From Lepidodermella squamata (lineage: Eukaryota; Animalia; Gastrotricha), in assembly GCA_047495785.1 (NCBI GenBank), contig JBLDXI010000025.1:1860001-1924000 (forward strand): 64,000 bases of DNA, in the 5' to 3' direction. The translations under genes and the position numbers were made by a program. Position 1 is the stretch's first letter; each line of letters starts with the position of its first letter. The notes under the pieces are model-generated. The model was not told the DNA's origin and made no database searches. It saw only the letters and a list, made by a program, of their open reading frames with translations. This document shows positions 41,769-55,191 of the stretch, in pieces.

Positions 41769-43672
41769 CCGCCTTCTCCTCCTATTCACTCCTAGCCATT
41801 TCTCGACTATTCATTCGACTTCTGGCGAGTTGGGGCGGGCGCATGCATCTCTGAGCTACCGTTCTAGGGGAGCTCGGGTTTCCTGAGACACCGAACAGTC
41901 TTATAGCAGCTATCTGCGCACCCTGTTCGTTGTCCAGTTTAACTCGAACTTCTCAATGGTTAGCGAATTCGCCGAATTAATCACCTCTCCTTATATTTTC
42001 CTTATAACTAAAAATTTTGTTTCAGGCCAATAGTTAGATATTTCAGCGGCTAATATTTTACAGCTTTAGTTTAGCGCTTAGTTTTCGCTCACAACTCTAT
42101 AATTGTTCACATAGCATTCCATTCGCAATCGGTTATATAAAATCCGCGATTATTCAGGCAAATTCCAAAATCAATTAGCAAAGGTGTGAGCAATACTACA
42201 TAGCGTGTCCCAGAAGTTGCGCAATTACTTTTTACATTGGAAAATTTTCGTAGAAAATTAAAATAATTTTTCAAAATTAAACCTACCGAGAGAATATTCC
42301 ATTTTTTCTCTATGATTTTTACCCCCGGAAAACCCCGGTGGTAACTGGTTCGGTGATATTCGTTATTTTATCCGGTTGGACCAAATTTCTCCGGACTTCT
42401 TTAATCCCCCAGTAACAAGTTAGATACTTGGTTACTATTTTAGTGATTTTTTGAATTTTTCAAAAAATGTTCATGGCCATCGTTTCTCATTCTAGAGTTC
42501 TGAACCCTTTTCCGTCCATTTTATTTGCTTGCGTTTCCTATAGCAGAAGCTCTAATAACTACGCTAGAAAAGAGGGGCTGCTCAGGCACGTTAGGGCCAT
42601 ATTTTAATTTTACGCTAAAAGCGTTCGCAGAAAAACTATACAGGAACGTGGGTCATTTTATGCGTTGTATGAATTAAAAATTTCCACAACAGAAAAAACG
42701 GCTCTTGAATTAGCGTAACCAATATTCCTAGAATATTCAGCACACCCAAAACTGGTCTTATTCTCGGGTATCACAGAATTAATTATTTAAAATCCGAATA
42801 ATTTACGATAAAATTCTGCGTAATTTTCAGTGTATGCCGTGTCATCACTGCGAGAAATTTGCAAGAATAATTTTTTACCCGGTGTTTTTTACCTTTGGTG
42901 AAAATTTGTGACAATTCGATTTCACGTAAATATAATGTGGTAAGAAAATCATAGAATTGGCAAAAATACTTCGATTTTACGAGGATTAGCATAAGAATCG
43001 AATCTTATAGGATAGGTATAGTATAAAAACAGCTTGAAAATAGCGAGAAACTTGAGTGTTTTATTATAAAGATAAATTGAGTAAATTGAGGAGTTCCGTT
43101 TTTTAGCACCTAGGGCCGCTGAAGTTTGTCATTGCTGACGTCTGTGAAATGGACAATTTTTCAGTTTTATTGTCTTTCACGCCGGTTGAGTTACCTTGTC
43201 CCAGAGAGAAAGCTATTTCTAGCTCAGGATCAAAAAAGCTGCCCTTGTTTAGCCGAATAATGTCGCGGATTGACAAAATCATCCTTCGTATCGTGACAAT
43301 TAGTTATCTGTATAACGTGCGCAAAGAAACCAATAATTAATGGTACAAAATTCAGCAAAAACGCACATTTTGACATTAATCGAATCAGGCTAAACAGCCT
43401 AGTTATTCCCTCGACAACAATAGGTCGTTTTTTGTACTAATGATCGTTACAGCTTTGTTTTTTATTCATGTTTTCACAACAGTACCGGTCAGTTTATTTG
43501 CACTCATCGATGAAAATCGCGTGTATAATAGCTGTCATTTTCCACCGTGAGCTTCAAATTAAAGTTATAAATTAACATAAAATTCTTGTAATATAATATT
43601 TTGTATAGTTAAATTCTGAGAAAAATCATTCAGCGGTGAGCGAGTTCGTTAAAAGCGTCACGTGACCTTCAA

Positions 43673-46600
43673 TTACACGTAATTAGCCTGCTGAAGGGCT
43701 TGCGAGTTGACAGTCGCCCGGCCACCGGACACAGCACTGCTGCCCGCCTTATTGCGCCGCGACAATCCAGCAGTGTCAACATAGCGCGGGTTTACCACGC
43801 TCGGGTTATCGGGCATGCGCGGGCGTGCCGACCGGCTGCGATGCCGCGGGTTTAGCAGCGTCGAGCCGTTGCCTCCGAGTAAGGACGTGCCCGACCCGGG
43901 TGCGGCGTGGCGTTCAGCGCGGCGTCTTCGGCAGCACGCGTTCAGGCCAAAATCGATATCGGCAGCGGCGACCAAGTGGAAGAACGTGTCGAGACGATGC
44001 GTTAACATACCAGCGTATTGGATGAACAGAATTACAGCGAAGAAGAACAGGAAAACCATACCTAAGGGCAAAGAAATTGAATGCTGGAACTCTAATCAAA
44101 ATTGGACTTACCCAAGGGTTCGAAGTATTCGAGCCGACTCGAGTCGTCACCACGTGGGATGGGCACGAAAATCGCGTATTTCAGCAAGTCTTGATGGTAC
44201 TGCAGTTGGAAAGTGATGACAATCCACAAGAAGTTCATCATCGAAACGCCGAACACAACGTTGTCACGTAGCACCTTCAACTCAGCCGCAATCTTCTCCT
44301 TCTTCTGCTTATCATCCGGCAACGGGTAGGCATAGCGGCGGATCAGTTGGTTCCAGAAGTCGACTTCATCCTGCTCGAGGTGACGAATCGGACCCTTACC
44401 GACAATGTCGTTTTTCAGCCAGAACTCTTGGTCGACTTGAATAGGCTCAGCTGGCTTGGGCGCGGCTGGCTTCGGCGGTTCGGGGACAGGCTCGACAACA
44501 ACAGTTGGAACCTCGGCTTGCTCAGTTGGGACAGGCCGCGGGATATTAGCAGCCTCGCTTTCAATATCGGTGAACCTCACAGTTCGACTTGGCTCGATGC
44601 CAACACGCTCTTTCGCCATTACGGTCAGCAGATCGCGAATGTCCTTGAGTAGCGGCAGGGTGTCTGCAGCGTTTTGCAGATTTCCAGCTGAAGATACGGT
44701 ATCGCGATGAGCTAGACCCTTCAGGAAGTCTTTCATATCACTGACGATTTGAGTGACACCGATTCTTTGAAGGAAGTTGCCACCAGCTGCTGCTGTAGCC
44801 TTCTTCTTCGCCTTATCAGCCTCCGCCTTGTCCTTTTCCTCCTCCTGTTGCTGCTGGAGTTGGACCGGCGTTTCGCGGGTACCCCATGATACGTTGTTCA
44901 AATTTGCCAGCGAATAAATCGTGAGCAAGAGGTAGCCGGCTGGGATGCAGAGAACGTAGAGCCAACCGTGGATGAGATCGGTGAACTCTTTCGGGTGACA
45001 TCCGGCCGATGATATGAAGATGGCGAAGAGCGACATGACGAAGATTACGTTCGGTGATGTGATGGATTCTTGCAGGCCGTTGATGATTGTACCGACTATT
45101 ACGACAAGCATAATCACAGCGTAGATTGCACTCAGAACCGCAGCAGTCTAAAAGAAATTCGATATTAGTATTCGTTTGGTTAAACAAGTGTCTTTAGTCT
45201 AATGAAGCATCTCTCCAGTTATATTGGCAATCTGGCAAACTCAGGTTTGTCGAATCACAATTCTAAGCTTTGCACCTCGCCATAATTTGCAGAGAATTAG
45301 AGTTTTTGAGCTTGCAGTTTTTAAATTGATAATGCCAAACAATGAAAACCGTACGTGAAGTCAAGTTTCTCAGTAGCTCTGGTATGTCTATGAGCTGAAC
45401 CTTTTTGAATGTTGACCAATTGAAAGTGGTACCAGAATCTAATTATTTTACCAGACCCCAATGTTCAATTGTTATCGATCAACCATTACCTAATCCCTAA
45501 GGTCTAGTCGAAATATTCCCTTTTTGTAACAAAAGATTAGGTCTCACTAGGGGCATTTTTGACATCAAACTCGAGGTAAAATGGTTGGATATGTTGCGGA
45601 GCTTAACTTACATTAATTTGTGTGTCAGTTTTGCATGTCATGCAAACTGCCAGGAAGAACGCAGGCGGAGCCATTGAAATAATGTACGACTGAATGAGAT
45701 CAAGGTGGAACACAGCGTTGTACGCGCCAGCAATCATCATAATAATCGTAGCCGGGCCAAGCAGGGTCGAAATGAGCAAAATGAACTGATACGCAACGTA
45801 GGGCAGCGAGAAGTTGTCGTTCATGATGACAGTCTGGCGCCAAGACGACAAAAGATCGACGATGTTGGACAGGGTCGACGGGCCCCAACGACGGCGTTGT
45901 TGGTAGAACTCGTTGAAAGATTCCGGGCAGTGGGTCAAGGCATCGGCGGCAGCTGAGTATTCAGCTCGGTAGCCTTGTTGTAGCAACAGGGTGCAAAGCC
46001 AACGATCCTCGCCCTGATCGTACTGGACGTAGTGGGCAGCTTCCGTACTGGTCGTAGCGTAGGCGCGCATGACGTTATCGTCCATCAGAGCCGAACCGCG
46101 GAAGAGGGAGAAGCAACCGGGTGTACAGAGTACGCAGCCGAAAACGTGCTCAGCAGCCTTTTGCAGCCAATGGGCAATAGCGTACTCGAACTTCTGGTAC
46201 CACACCATCGGACCACGGCCAATCGGGTGAATGCGACCACAAGCAGCTCCGACCTTCTTACTCTTCTTCATCAAATCAAGCAGCAGCAGGACAGATGAAG
46301 CTCGGAAGTCGACATCTCCGTCTAGAGTTAGCAGGAAGGTGTTTTCGGCGGCTTGAGCCGTGTTCTCGCCGACGTGACGGAAAACTTCGGGGTAGTCAAG
46401 TTTGTCCAGTTTCAGCTTGATCTTCTCGTCTTCACCCATCGATTTCGCGCGTTGCTGCTCGCCAAGTTGCCAACGGCGGCGGTACAACGGGTCTTGGCAA
46501 TACAGTTTGTAGCCCAATAGGTAGTACATGTACATGACCTATACAACAGGTAATCAGAAAATTCAGAGTGAAAATGTGATTCACAGACCTGAGACCAGCG

Positions 46601-49600
46601 TTTCTTGTGGCGCATTCGATTCTTGTCCTTGAGGTGAACCACGAGAAGAGTGCCACCAGGAAGCATCCAGATCAGGCGACCACCGTAAGGAGTCGGAATT
46701 CGAGCCGGGTCAGGAAGTTCGAAAAATCGGTTGTAGACAGCAGTTCCAGCATCACGCAGTACATCAACCATAGTTCGGACGAATTCGTTAGGTTGAACGC
46801 CCTAAATTCACAGAAATAAAGAAGAGCTATCAAGATTAAGGGAAAGCTACCTGGCAATCAGCAGTCATTTCCATTGAATCGTCGAAAATAATGTGAGTCT
46901 CATACTCGTAGTAGTTGATCTGCGAAAGAATCTCACTGGCCGCTCCTAAGGTCTCAGGATCGCTTGACGCGTGCAGGGTCTCCAGAACCCTCTTCCTCTC
47001 CGCATGATCCTTGTCCATCCTGAAAATCGACTTCATCAACTCCGTCATCTCATCGCGTGTTTCGTGCCACATGGTCGCACAGGCGTAGATTCGGGGTACG
47101 ATTGGTGGAGAATCATTCGCGCCATTATGGTTCTTCTTACGCCCACTTGGCGAGTCATTACCCGACAGCAGCAATGTATCATTGATTCGTCGATTGAACA
47201 TAAGCCACTGTTCCATGAATGGCGAGCAAAGACCTGGTAATACGAAGATTTTCTCGACCTCGGCAAGACGTTCGCAGTTCAGGAACCAAACGTGGAAAGC
47301 TGCTAGATTCTGCGCGAAGTACCAAAGAATCAACACAGTTGGATAGATCCATAACGCATCGTCATTCTCCCGCGGTAGACAGTACCACTTATTGCCAGGC
47401 ATGTCGAAAACCGTTGCCAGCCAATGAAGCATCCTGCCAACGATTGGAAAGTTCGGATCAACAGGTTGGCAACGAATCAGCATGATCGCAACTGTCAACG
47501 GCGTCGCGAGAGCTAACGGAAGAGCGAACGCGAGTTGTTGCATGAGCAGCTTGCAGGCCAAGGCTGAGGCGAGGAATGCGATGAAAGTCGACGTGATGTG
47601 GGCGATGAACATCGAGGTGACGTTGAGAAGACCGGCGTCGGCTAGATCTTGAATCGAGTAGTTGCCGAACAGAAGTTCAGTCTCGTTCTTTGTGTGTTCC
47701 GCCATAATCTCGGCGGTCAAGTTGATCTTGAAGTTTTCGTATGGGTCGTTAGTCAAACTAGAGCCGGTAAAATTCGAGGTGAGAAAGCTGTGCAGAGGCG
47801 ACATGAACGGCATTTCCCAAACTGGGGTGTTTGAAAATGCGAAATCGGCGAAGAGACAGGCGACGAGACGAGATCCGCATAGAATCACGGTAAGCTTATC
47901 TTTCACACGGTACAAATCACCCATGATCGCAGGCCAGTTCGGAATTCGAATAGAACCTAAGAATAAAGCTTATAAGTCTACCTGATCAAAATCCTTAAAA
48001 GCTTACCGAATTGTAAAGGTTCCGAGAAAATCAAGTTCAGGGTCCATACGAACGATACCAGGAACAGACTGACTGGCAGCTCCCAGGTTCGAATCTCCTT
48101 CCAGCCACTCGAAGTGCCCAAAATGATGAATGGAATGATGCTGAGCACCAAAGCCGTGAAGTAGGCCAACTTGTTCAGAAACTTTCGCTGCATCACGCCA
48201 ATCATACAGCTGTATGCGTCTGATACGAAAATCAGCCCGCAGATGCTTGGTATGGACGAAACGGCCATTGCGAATGAAGTCAGCTTCCAAATGTTGGTGC
48301 CGGGTATGATGACGCGGTTGATGAAGAGAACCACGCCGAAGCTGTGGGCGCATTCTAGACCGACTAGGAAGGCGATGACGTAGAACGCGGGCAGGGCTTG
48401 CGAACCGGCGAAACCCACTCGGACGATGCCGAATAGGAACCATAGTGCGGTCGGTGCTAGGACGGCGGCGAGAGATAGGAAGTGGCAGTATTCAGTGTAT
48501 TCGTACCGGCCACCTTCGTGAACTTTGAAAAATTCTTCAACAATGGGAGGCTGAAATTAGAGTAGGATTAAGGCCGAATTCCGCTTTTAAAATCCCCTGA
48601 TACTGAATTCTATGACTTAATTTTACTTCACCGCTCCGTTTTTTATTAGTCCTATAATTCGTATAATTCGTATATTCATATTCCTTTTTCCTATTCCTAT
48701 TCCTATTCCTATTCCTATTCCTATTCCTATTCCTATTCCTATATTCCTATTCCTATTCCTTTATTCCTATATTCCTATTCTTATTCCTATTTGTATTCCC
48801 TACCCTAAACCTTACTTTAAACAGCAATCTTTATTATTTTTTCCTTTTTCCTATTCCTATCTGTGATCCCATTTAGAGTTTAATTAAGATAATTTGATTA
48901 TTTTAATTCGAGGAAACCTTAATACTTGATAATTAATTTTATATAAGTTTTACGGAATTAAAGATCCTGTTCAATTCACGCCATCCTATAAGTATTTGAA
49001 TTTCGATATTCTAGACATTGCCATTCTTAAATTCCCTTTTTGTCCCATTCCTATTCTTCAAGTATGGTAACAAAAAGTCTGCATACCTCGATTTGAATGA
49101 TATCTTTCCAAGAACCAGCCAGGGTCAAAAATGTAAGTCGACTGGTAACAACAGACCCGAGAACAGTGACGAAAAGCGCGATGTAAATCGTGAACCGGCA
49201 AACTTGAACCCAGGTCGCGAACTGCGGCTTATCCTCCTGGTCCAACATTTGCTCGCGTTGCACCTTTCGAAACACATCCCACGGGTATTTCGGCTTGCTG
49301 AACGGGCTCGATTCCGGCTCTTCATTTTCACATTCAGCCGCCGGCGCTGGTTTCTTCTCAGCATTCTGCTCGACGTTGGCTGTAGGCGGTGGCGGGGCTG
49401 TTTTTTTCAGGGCAGACCGCTTTGGAACCCCAGACTGCGACCCAGGTGGTTGCTGATGGTCGTTCTCATCGCCACTTTCGTGCTCGATTACGCTGATTTT
49501 AACCTCTTCGGGAGCTTCATCTGACCCGGTTTTTTCGCTGCCCTTGCGAGGGGTGCTGGACGCGGGTGCGGATGACTGACCCGGGCGTAGTGAGCTTGAC

Positions 49601-50144
49601 CCGGTTGTAGGCTTCAAGGTCGATTTAGCGGCGGCTGCTTTGTTTGAGTCGAAGACAAATTCGTCCTCGGATTCTGGATCGTTTGGGGCGTTTTGGCGAC
49701 TTTGAGGTCGTAAACTCGACCTGCCCATGGAACCTACCTAATAAAAGCAAAAATTATTTTAAATTCAATCTTAAAATTAAATTCAATTGAAAAAATAGGT
49801 AAAAATGGGGATAATTTTTTCGGAGAAATTTGAAAAAATTTGAAAAAGATTGTCCTCAACATTTCGGGTAAATTTCCAATTCTATTTATCAGAATTTTTT
49901 TCGGGCAAAAAGACAATAAAACAATCCAATTAATGGGGTTATAGAAATGATCCTAATGATAATTAAGGGTGACTTGGAACTTGGAGCCAAGGAATCCAAC
50001 TTGGAACCTTGGAACCTAAACCAGAATGAACCTGTCTTGTTCATTTCCAACAAAACAATAAAATTGGAACTTGCTACATAATTCCAATATTTTTTAGAAA
50101 ATATGGGAGAAATTAGGACAAGCAATTACCTTGTTAAGCTCCAT
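43673..50144 (-). CDS. CHS: Chitin synthase (GT2) (exons 50144-50130, 49737-49087, 48550-48007, 47956-46851, 46801-46589, 46538-45612, 45147-44112, 44061-43673)
   Basis: CATMWHET, TPYGGRL, KKRWSQ, LDGDVDF, QKFEYAIAHW, QGEDRWL, QRRRW and WGTRE motifs; no myosin-motor domain seen. The 15-nt first exon (MELNK) is tentative. Confidence 0.95.
48690..48800. repeat. (CCTATT)n microsatellite in a chitin synthase intron
   Basis: Directly visible hexamer array. Confidence 0.9.
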
Positions 50145-50735
50145 TGTGAACAAGGCCGATAAAATGTAGTAAAATTATTGCGGTAAAACTTCGATCCGGC
50201 GCGTCGTTGTTGAGTTAAAAATTACTGGTAAAAATAAATAGAGGGAAGTCGTTGATGCTATAGGGGTTGAACGTTAATTTTTAAATTTTCTATTTTTCAA
50301 AATTTTGCGCCAAATATTTTTCGAGAACAGCGGCGCGTGCTGCGTCGTACGCGTGCCGAGTCACGCTCGAGCGCACCCATTGCGTAATAAGTACTACATT
50401 TGATGTTTTTGCGCTCATTCATGAAAATTCCCGAACAAAATTCAACAGGAATTCTAAACTAATTCAGTTTTATTTTCATTAAACGTAAATTTGCACCAAC
50501 GTAGAAATGATCAATTTGAGCAATCATAAACCAAACCGTACTGTTCACTTGAAAAAACAGAATTGAAAAAAACTAAAATATCGACAGTTTTCAAAGATTT
50601 CCAACAACTTCACATACCAGCCTGCATTTCTGTTAATAATCATCAAAAATGTGGAATCAAATCGTAAAATCACAATTTTCAACAATTTTAACAAGCTAAA
50701 AATCATTCAAGGGTATAAGTTCGCGATAGAGCGTT

Positions 50736-51941
50736 TTATGTGTTTCCGCTTGATTCAGCCTTAGATCCACCAATCTTAGCCGCTAGGTTCCGGGCCCACA
50801 TGTAGAAGGCGCCTCGTTGTAGGCAGATGTTGTAGGAATTGCCGAAAACTTTCATGCACTGTTCGAATCGGCGAACTTTTTCCTCTTCGAGTTCTTGCTG
50901 TCGAATTCGAACTGCCAATTGCCGCATTTTCGAGACGTCATTTTGCAAGAAAGACCGAGCTATTCCCTCTAAAGAAACAGGAAATTTATTACAAAAAAAT
51001 TATTTTCTGCAAAATATTTTCATCACAACAAGCTTTTTCGTGATTTAATCCTATAAATATCTGATTTTTTTAAATTTAAATTAATTGTCGCAATTGATAT
51101 TTTAAACGATTTTGGATGACCCGAACTAAATTTTTATGCCGTCTCACGCTGACAAGTCCGAATTTAGATAACTTGAGATCTAATAAAAATGGGTCTTGCT
51201 TATTTAGCGGAACCAATTTTCAACAGTTTATTCACCAAAAACGCATTTCCTGAATTTTCTAAAATTTCACGATTAATTAAAAAATCCGGGACTACTCCAA
51301 AACAGCCAAGAAAAAACGAAAGAGACCAAAACAGCCAAAAAAATCCGATTGTTCTCGTTGCGCAACAATCGAAAAGTTTGGCTGTTATGGTATCATTTAT
51401 TTTAGTGTCATTTGTTTTGGAGTAGTCCCAAAAATCCAAATAAATTACGTTGAAATTCTCCGCAATTTTTTTTACGAGGCCTGGTCCTAAATTTCAGAAC
51501 GCGACGCGGTCATGATCAACATATTCATTCGAAAATGGCCTTTTTCATAAGTTTGCCATTATTTAGTTCCGCTACAGTCAATTTTGTTCCGCGAAAAATA
51601 AGCTGATAACAAAGATCCTGAAATTTTCAAAATTCAACACAGATAGGAGACCTTCAGTTGGAGACAGAAATCTTTGAAAAAAATATAAAATATTAGTAGA
51701 AAATCAGATTTTTTCAAACTTTAGAACAAATTGAATTTTTCTTTTGAAAATTGAGGAATTTTTTCACCTAATTCGACGTGAAGGTTAAGAACTTACCAGG
51801 TATCTGTCTTCTCCACTTGGCAGATTCAGGCTCAACGTCTCGCCTAAATCTACTCTGGATCGGCAATGCTTCAATCGTAATCGAAAATGCTGCAGCAATA
51901 AGCGTGAAGCATATAAAACTGCTGAAAATGTAGTTCTTCAT
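50736..51941 (-). CDS. Unrecognised secreted peptide precursor B, 125 aa, dibasic/furin-type sites and one Cys pair (exons 51941-51797, 50968-50736)
   Basis: Signal peptide MKNYIFSSFICFTLIAAAFSITIEA, RFRR and KWRR sites, phase-1 intron, then EGIARSFLQNDVSKMRQLAVRIRQQELEEEKVRRFEQCMKVFGNSYNICLQ... Confidence 0.85.
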
Positions 51942-53320
51942 CGTAAATTAATATAAGTTTTTTCTAAAAAGCATAATAAAAAAGCTGTAAAAATATTCCT
52001 TCATCGTAAAATGAATGTATAACTGCGCTCTTCTGCAAAGCGTAAATTGTCTAGATAACAGGTCGAATTTTTTACTTATTTATTTCGGGTAACCAAAATT
52101 ATTATTGCGTCATGCTTAGCTGAGTTCTGGTACATTACTGCGGGTAACCTTTGATCTGGCCGGTGAATCATACGAGGGCGTAGAAACAGCAACAGACCAC
52201 GAGTGCAAGCCGCACGCACTTATACGACCACAATTTTTTGCACCCTATGAACTACCTGTTATTCGCCGACTATTACGATTATCATCACATATATACTGCT
52301 GAACGTGTCCGCATATTATTATTATGATTAATGGACAGCGGTGTGTGCGTTGTTTATTTCTTTGTGTTTTTGACTGATTCGCATTGCTTCACTCGTTACT
52401 TCGCGCTAACCAAAAAATTGCGTCGCAGTGCGTACGTTTTTTCTCGCTCTCTGTCAAAGTGCGCGCGCTAATTGCGCCTCGCATTTTGCTCTATTTTTAT
52501 GTATTTTTTTGCGCGTGCGTGTGCACGTGAGCGCGAGACTAACACGCGCGAGTAAATTTATAACTGCTATATATAGTTGTTTATTCCACTTTTCGAGCTC
52601 ACCTCGACTGGTAGGGTGCGTGGTGCGCGTTTATGGCCTGACTGTAACGCGTGGGCTGAATTATTTTCGTTCGAAAAATTTTGGCTCACCGGGTTAATTT
52701 CGGACAACGTTGTTTTTCGAACCAGCTTCAGTTTCGGACACGCATATGGTTGACTGAAATTCAGGCGAGTGAATTTAAAGCGAATAATGTAAACACCTAA
52801 ATCTCAAAAAGCGGAAAAATTCCCAGCTAACCCGAACATTTTAGCTAATTAAAGGAAGCTATAACCCAATGTAGGCAATAATTAATTGAGACATTGTCAG
52901 AAATTACCTCGTATTTGCGTGATTTTGAAGCTAATCGAATTTGTAATAAAATTACATTTTGGGGACGTTCAAGCCATTCGTACATTGCTTTGCGCGATTT
53001 TTCTCAAACATCCTTGACGATTCGGTTTTTTTCATTTGTCGACGTTCCTGAACCTACGAATTTTTTATTTAATCTACATGGTGCCCTAAGCTATGTAGAA
53101 AGATTTTAAAAAAATGTTGGTTCCAAAACGGTTGATATTGGAAAAACCACTGATTTCGATACTTGGAATCGTTATCGGCTTTTCAGGCTGAAGTGAAACT
53201 CGTAGCGCAAAATGCGGGGAATATGGAGATCATAAGATTGAGATTCTAGTGAGACGCGAAACTTGGTAAAACCTTTATTCGATGAGAAATCTAGTGCTGG
53301 ATTCCCCAATTTCGCGCTGG

Positions 53321-53400
53321 AACCTTATTGAAGCCTTATTGAACCCTATTGAACCCTATTGAACCTTATTGAAGCCTTATTGAACCCTATTGAACCTTAT
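53321..53400. repeat. Tandem 10-11-mer repeat (CCYTATTGAA)
   Basis: About 7-8 consecutive units adjoining a dispersed-repeat copy. Confidence 0.85.
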
Positions 53401-55163
53401 CGTAGCTTCGAATTTCGAATTTAATCAGTTGATAGTCATCTCGAAATTCAATCATTCAATGCATTCAATCACCCTCCAGGGTCGCGGATCCAAAACAGAT
53501 TTGAAATTGCGATACATTTCGACTAATTCGAAATTAATTTGTTGACACTCTGATATCATCTTAAAACACCGAAAGTTTGTCACTTGTCACTGAAGTATTC
53601 GTTTCTTTCCAATGCTCTGCTTGTCATTCGCCGAATCGGCGGGCTGAAAAGTCCTTTGTCGACATTGCCGGTTGTCGGTAATAATTATTATCTATCATGC
53701 TATATTAATTGGGTGGTTTACGAACCGCGAAACAAACTCCCCAGTTCATCAATCCGAAAAGCTCAATTTTAATCAATCACATGATTTTAAAAAATGTCGA
53801 GTAGAAAAACTTGGGAATAGTCTTGCTCTAAGCAATTTGGACGTGTCTGATATGTCTAGAGTCTAGAGCAACGGAATGGAGGCGGTGGGTGGCGTTAATT
53901 TCGACTTCAACTCGCTGATTTTGTAACGCTTCCGCAAAAGCCGATAGGTTTCCGTTTCACTCCGCCGCGCATTTTCTATATACAAAAAAATAGCGGTAAA
54001 AAAAATAATTCAGATTGAAATGAAACACCAACTTTTCGGCTGCTGGATCTGCGGCGAATTTATTCCCGAAGATTCGTTGAGTCGCTTCAGCACGGCCGCG
54101 TCAACGTTAGCGTTTGGAAAAGCTCGAAAATTGCAGAAATAAAAATCGGCCTTGAAGAGTGTTTGATCGTTCGTGATAACAAGGCGGGGTATCGCGTTCG
54201 ATGGGAATGTCAAATTAACAGCCAGGAACATAGCCCAAAGCAGTTTCACGAAGGAAGCATTGAAATCGTAAAACTCAAGTTCAACAAATTGAGAAGATTT
54301 TCTCATGTTAAATCTAAAAAACGGGATAAAATCAACGTTGAAAGAATTTTGTTGAAAATAAAACGGTTTTGACTCGCAAGGCGACAGGAGTCACGATTTG
54401 CACGCAGGTAAAAATCACGAGACTTTGTGACCTTCTTACCTACATGGAAGTTTGATCGTTAATTTCATGTACCGTACTGCCCGGATTTAAAGCCATGCCA
54501 TTCATTTTTTAGCACTCGACCCAGCGACTATTAGCGTTAAAACTGTCAATAAAATGTTCAAAAAGGAGGTCACTGAAAATTATTTTTGCGAAAATTTTAT
54601 AAAAATCCTTAGTTTTTTCAATAATATAAAACCCGATAAAATGAAAATTTATTTAAAAATTTCTCCTGATAAAAACATATTTAAAAAAATCGGTCATTTC
54701 CAGAGAGAGCTTGAAAACGAGGTTATCCGAATTTATTTGAGCATAAAAAGTCGATTTTATCGGGGTGAATTGGTCGACCTAAGCCTGATACTGGAAAATC
54801 CGAAGATAGTTCCGAAGTTCTCCAAACCAATTTCAAACGCGATCAATTGTGTTTGAAAATTTATTCAACTGCATGATTTTAGGTGTTTTATAGGGCCTTT
54901 TGGGAAAAACCCGACTATTTTTGTCAAATTATCGATACGTAAAAAATATAGGGAAAGATAACATCAGGTGCCTTGGGTGAAATGCCAATGACAGCTCTGT
55001 TGTTGCTGTCTGTTAATGCCACAATGTATTTTAATTTCTATTTCGGGGTTAAATTTTCGGATATAAAAAGTAATTAGTCCGATCGAAATAATGAGTTGAC
55101 CCCGCATTGAGGGAAAATTTGAACTAAATAAAGGACAGTGCGGCTAAAAATATTGGGCTTTCT

Positions 55164-55191
55164 GGTTAGGGTTAGGGTTAGGGTTAGGGTT
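55164..55191 (+). repeat. Interstitial telomere-like tract (TTAGGG)4
   Basis: GGTTAGGGTTAGGGTTAGGGTTAGGGTT. Confidence 0.85.

Noticed and set aside
41878-41935. miR-125/lin-4, miR-10 or RNase P RNA similarity
   Set aside because: Only 7-9 nt match; no pre-miRNA hairpin around the match, and RNase P conserved regions were not found.
53321-53400. Regular repeats here and at 14300-14490 and 38025-38185 considered as CRISPR-like arrays
   Set aside because: Eukaryotic DNA; units are short, degenerate or lack unique spacers, and there are no cas genes.
53876-54372. Short ORFs on both strands (CWICG motif; LLWAMFLAVNLTFP)
   Set aside because: Interrupted by stops with no coherent gene model; probably decayed transposon sequence.
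55164-55191. Chromosome end or fusion site
   Set aside because: Only four units in one orientation; such tracts are common in repeat remnants.
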